64,000 nucleotides of DNA, taken from Leucoraja erinacea. Its lineage: Eukaryota. The translations under genes and the position numbers were made by a program. The notes under the pieces were generated by a model. It was not told the DNA's origin. It saw nothing but the letters and a program-made list of their open reading frames with translations, and did no database searches. This document shows, piece after piece, positions 60,940 to 64,000 of this stretch (position 1 is its first letter; each line of letters starts with the position of its first letter). The stretch lies in contig NC_073399.1 in the NCBI RefSeq assembly GCF_028641065.1, forward strand, positions 18,042,001 through 18,106,000, in the 5' to 3' direction.

Positions 60940-62050
60940 CGTATGAGGTCTGGAAATACACAAACTATAGTGAATAAAGTTGGAAAGCTACAGATTCTTA
61001 TATCTGCATGGGATCATAAAGCAGAAATCATAATTAGATCATGACTTTAAAAAGTCCAGGATACAAGGTGCTCAGAAAAGAAAAGGAAGAAGGGAAATAA
61101 AGTGGAATAGCAGCATTGATTAAAGGCGTTATAGACCTGAAGGGAGTGATTGTCCTTGAAGGTCAATGCTTAAATCCAGATGGTTAGAATCAAGAAGCAG
61201 GAATCACAAGACTGGAGGCATTCCACAGTCTGTGGCTGATGGAGGAGCATCTAGCAAGGAGGGTTGGGAAAGAAATGTAAAGTGGAAAAGGAAAAAAACT
61301 GGGAGAACATTTTGAAAAGTCTTGTGGAGAACTTCCTTTATCGATTTGTTTCTAATTCAAGAATAGAGATCATATTGGATCTGGTTAATGGGGAATGAAG
61401 AGGGCCAAGTGGACCAGGTGTCCGTGAAAGAAAACTTAAGAAGCAACAGGCATCAGACCACAGAGTTAAGCTAGATATTGAAGAAGGTTCGAGGAGAAAT
61501 TTAAAGTCGAACTCCTGAATTGGAGGAGGGTAATTATTAAATATGATATAGGATTTGGTCAAGACTAAGTGGAATAAATTGGTAATGGAACATCGAACAA
61601 ACTTTTAAATAACAAATGCGTCAGGAACGTCTAGGACACGGGCCATGGGAAAAAGAGAATCAAAACTTTCATTTATTTGGATAACAACAGGTACAGAAAA
61701 CGATGAAATGCGAAAGGAAGATGTGTGTCTTGCTGGGGATCAACTACAGTGTGAATCAGGCTGGAGATAGTGAGCTGAGGAAAGTGAGCAAGACAAGCAA
61801 AGTGGCATGAGAACGGCAATGATCATGAAAGGGAATCCCAATGTCCACAATCAGCATGTAAACAGTAAGTGAAATTAAGAGAACGGATGTCTAATTGGGG
61901 ATGAAGAAGGTGATGGATACATAAAGATGGCATGGAAATTAGAATGCATTACTTGTAGGAGGCATTACATAGAGGATGGCTTATAAGGAGGTAAAGTAAG
62001 AATAATTTTTCTGGAGGAGTGATCTAGAAAAGATGTCTTGCATGGAGGAT
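60940..62050 (+). mobile_element. Very old, degraded CR1-like ORF2 remnant
   Basis: Purine-rich sequence with residual EN/RT-like segments (ILDLV..N...DH); boundaries rough. Confidence 0.5.
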
Positions 62051-62179
62051 ACATTATGGACTGTATTATTTACAGGGCATTCTCTTAACAAGGGGAACTT
62101 GTTAGGGGCTGTTGTATTATAGCGAGAGCAGCTTAGAGTTTTAATGTCAATAGATCACCGCTCTGAACCATAATCGTAC

Positions 62180-62435
62180 AGGAGGCAGAAACTGCACGGC
62201 GCCTGGATAGACAAAGAGGCTTGCTCCAAAGACAGTGAGGTGGTGCGTGAGGCACACTGCTTCCTCCGGCCTGGTCCAGCGTGTGGGGAAGATGCCGTCT
62301 GTCCTCCACCGCAGGCTCTGGAGGTCAAAGTACTGGCACAGCGAGGTGTACACAATGACAGAAACTGCTACTGGAGCGGAGGAGAAGTGGCTGGAGATGG
62401 TGACGTTGAGCTCCTCGCTGGTGGTGTCGTACACC
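62180..62435 (-). CDS. pkd1b: Polycystin-1-like exon-25 equivalent containing the GPS motif
   Basis: tgttacag| and CCT|gtacga, 256 nt, phase 2-0; YTSLCQYF...WRTDG...AVCLTHHLTVFGASLFV. Confidence 0.96.
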
Positions 62436-62984
62436 CTGTAACATATAGAAGGCAGCAAATCAATAAAAGGGTCCCCGCACTGAGCAGAGAGAACTCTAGA
62501 AGCATACTAGGTGGCTCAGGCACTTTGGCCAGGGGTGGCTTCCCGATGAAAGTGTTCCTGTTACTCAAGTACCTTGTCACTCATAGAATATAACTGCATA
62601 GCTCTTCCAGACAGTAAAGCATGTTAGCATCGGAGTTACACAGCAAAGATCCAAGTCCTTCAGCCAGTCATCAAGTACATGTCAAACCTCATCTCATTTA
62701 CCACCACAATAGTCAGAATGGTCTCTGAAAATGGCTCACTTTGAGAACTTGCAAAGCTAGATTACGCTCTCACGGCACCTATCACACAGGCTGATTCTCA
62801 TAGTGCAAAATGAAGGGATTTCTCTGCTTAGTTGGATTAAAGGCTCATCTCTCCCCCAGCATGATTTTTACCATTTTATAGTGCTGGAGTACCTCAGCAG
62901 GTCAGGCAGCATCACTGGAAAATGTGGATAGGTGATATTTTGGATCTGAACCCTTCTTCAGATGGGCTCGAAGAAGGGTCCCCT

Positions 62985-63615
62985 GAAAGTGGTGACACAA
63001 GTAAACAGAGTGGTAAAGAAAGCAGATAGTCTGCTTGTCTTCATCAGTCGGGGCAATGAGTCAAGAAGTCGTTTTGCAGCTTTAGACAACTTTAGTTAAG
63101 TTGCATTTGGAGTATTGTGTGCAGTTCTGGTCGCCCCATTATAGGGAGAATGTAGACGTTTTGGAGAGGGTTCTGAAGTGGATGTCAGAATGCTGCCTGA
63201 ATTTGAGGCCACTAACTATAAGGAGGTTGGACAATCTTGGATTGCTTCTCTGGGATGGTCAGAGTTTGAAGGGAGGTTTGATAGAAGTTTATACAATTAC
63301 GTGAGGCATAGAGTAGACATTTTCCCTGGGGTGGGACACTTCAAAAACTAGGGGTCATGGCTTTAAGGTCAGAGAGGGAAAGTTTCAAGGAGATATGATG
63401 GACAAGTTTTTGTGAATGCACAGAATGGTTGGTGACTGGATCACTGCCAGGGGTGGTGATAGAAGCAGATACAATTGTGGTGTTTAAGAGACTTTTAGAT
63501 AGGCACGTGGATATGCAAGAATGGATGGATATAGATCATGTGCAGGCAGGAGATTAGTTCAGCACAGGCATTGTGGGATGATGGGCCTGTTCTGTGCTGT
63601 ACTGGTCTATGTCCA
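62985..63615 (+). mobile_element. Degenerate CR1 3' fragment
   Basis: HLEYCVQFWSPHY...LIEVY. Confidence 0.8.
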
Positions 63616-63732
63616 CAGGTACAGCAATTTCCATTGTTATTTCAGCCATTTGTAGCCACACAACAGGTCCTGACTATGTGATCCAGTGGCTCTGGTACCA
63701 GGAAACTAGTCTAAGGCCAGGTCTGTACTCAC

Positions 63733-63883
63733 TCAGGTGATAGGAAGATGGTGTGCTCAACACGCAGACTGCCAGTGTCGGAAGGCAATGCAACTTCTAT
63801 TTTGTCAGCGGTCCCATTAAACCGGGAGTCATTGTGAACATAGACATGAATGAAAGGAACTGGGTCCTGGGCTCCACCAAGCT
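63733..63883 (-). CDS. pkd1b: Polycystin-1-like exon-24 equivalent (GAIN region); upstream exons lie beyond the window
   Basis: tctctttctctag| and GA|gtgagt, 151 nt, phase 1-2; QDPVPFIHVYVH...HTIFLSP aligns with EEPEPYLAVYLH...YTFFISP. Confidence 0.85.
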
Positions 63884-64000
63884 CTAGAGAAAGAGAGATT
63901 CCAAAAATTAGAGAGATATTTATCCTTGTGCTAACTGTGAGCATTTATGGAGTGGTATCAGACAGTGAGTTGGGCTTCATACGAAGCAAGAACCTGTTGT

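Noticed and set aside
63884-63944. ATG-initiated start of the 71-aa ORF as a gene start
   Set aside because: Lies upstream of a strong acceptor; the gene continues beyond the window

Overview
Vertebrate genomic DNA, most likely a cartilaginous fish (skate/ray), inferred from the V-SINE/HE1-type SINEs, HER1/CR1 LINEs and Penelope-like repeats. Two spliced protein-coding genes lie on the minus strand. (1) The 3' half of a polycystin-1 gene, probably pkd1b: 23 phase-consistent GT-AG exons at 27149-63883, equivalent to human PKD1 exons 24-46 (GPS, PLAT, 11-TM/TOP, coiled-coil tail). (2) A CPSF4/CPSF30 paralogue, probably CPSF4L: 7 exons at 1407-15032, with the last exon beyond the left edge. The rest is intronic or intergenic DNA full of CR1, Rex/Babar, Penelope, SINE, MITE, Helitron and solo-LTR relics, plus one 328-N gap. 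Best leads: a possible decayed TGF-beta-family mature-domain exon nested antisense in a pkd1b intron (34228-34593); substitutions in the RNA-binding zinc fingers of CPSF4L together with a retained zinc knuckle; dispersed Penelope-derived mini-elements with hammerhead-ribozyme-like cores and 13-16 bp TSDs; and a 138-bp near-perfect fold-back duplication upstream of CPSF4L. All homology calls were made by eye from recalled sequences, with no searches run.
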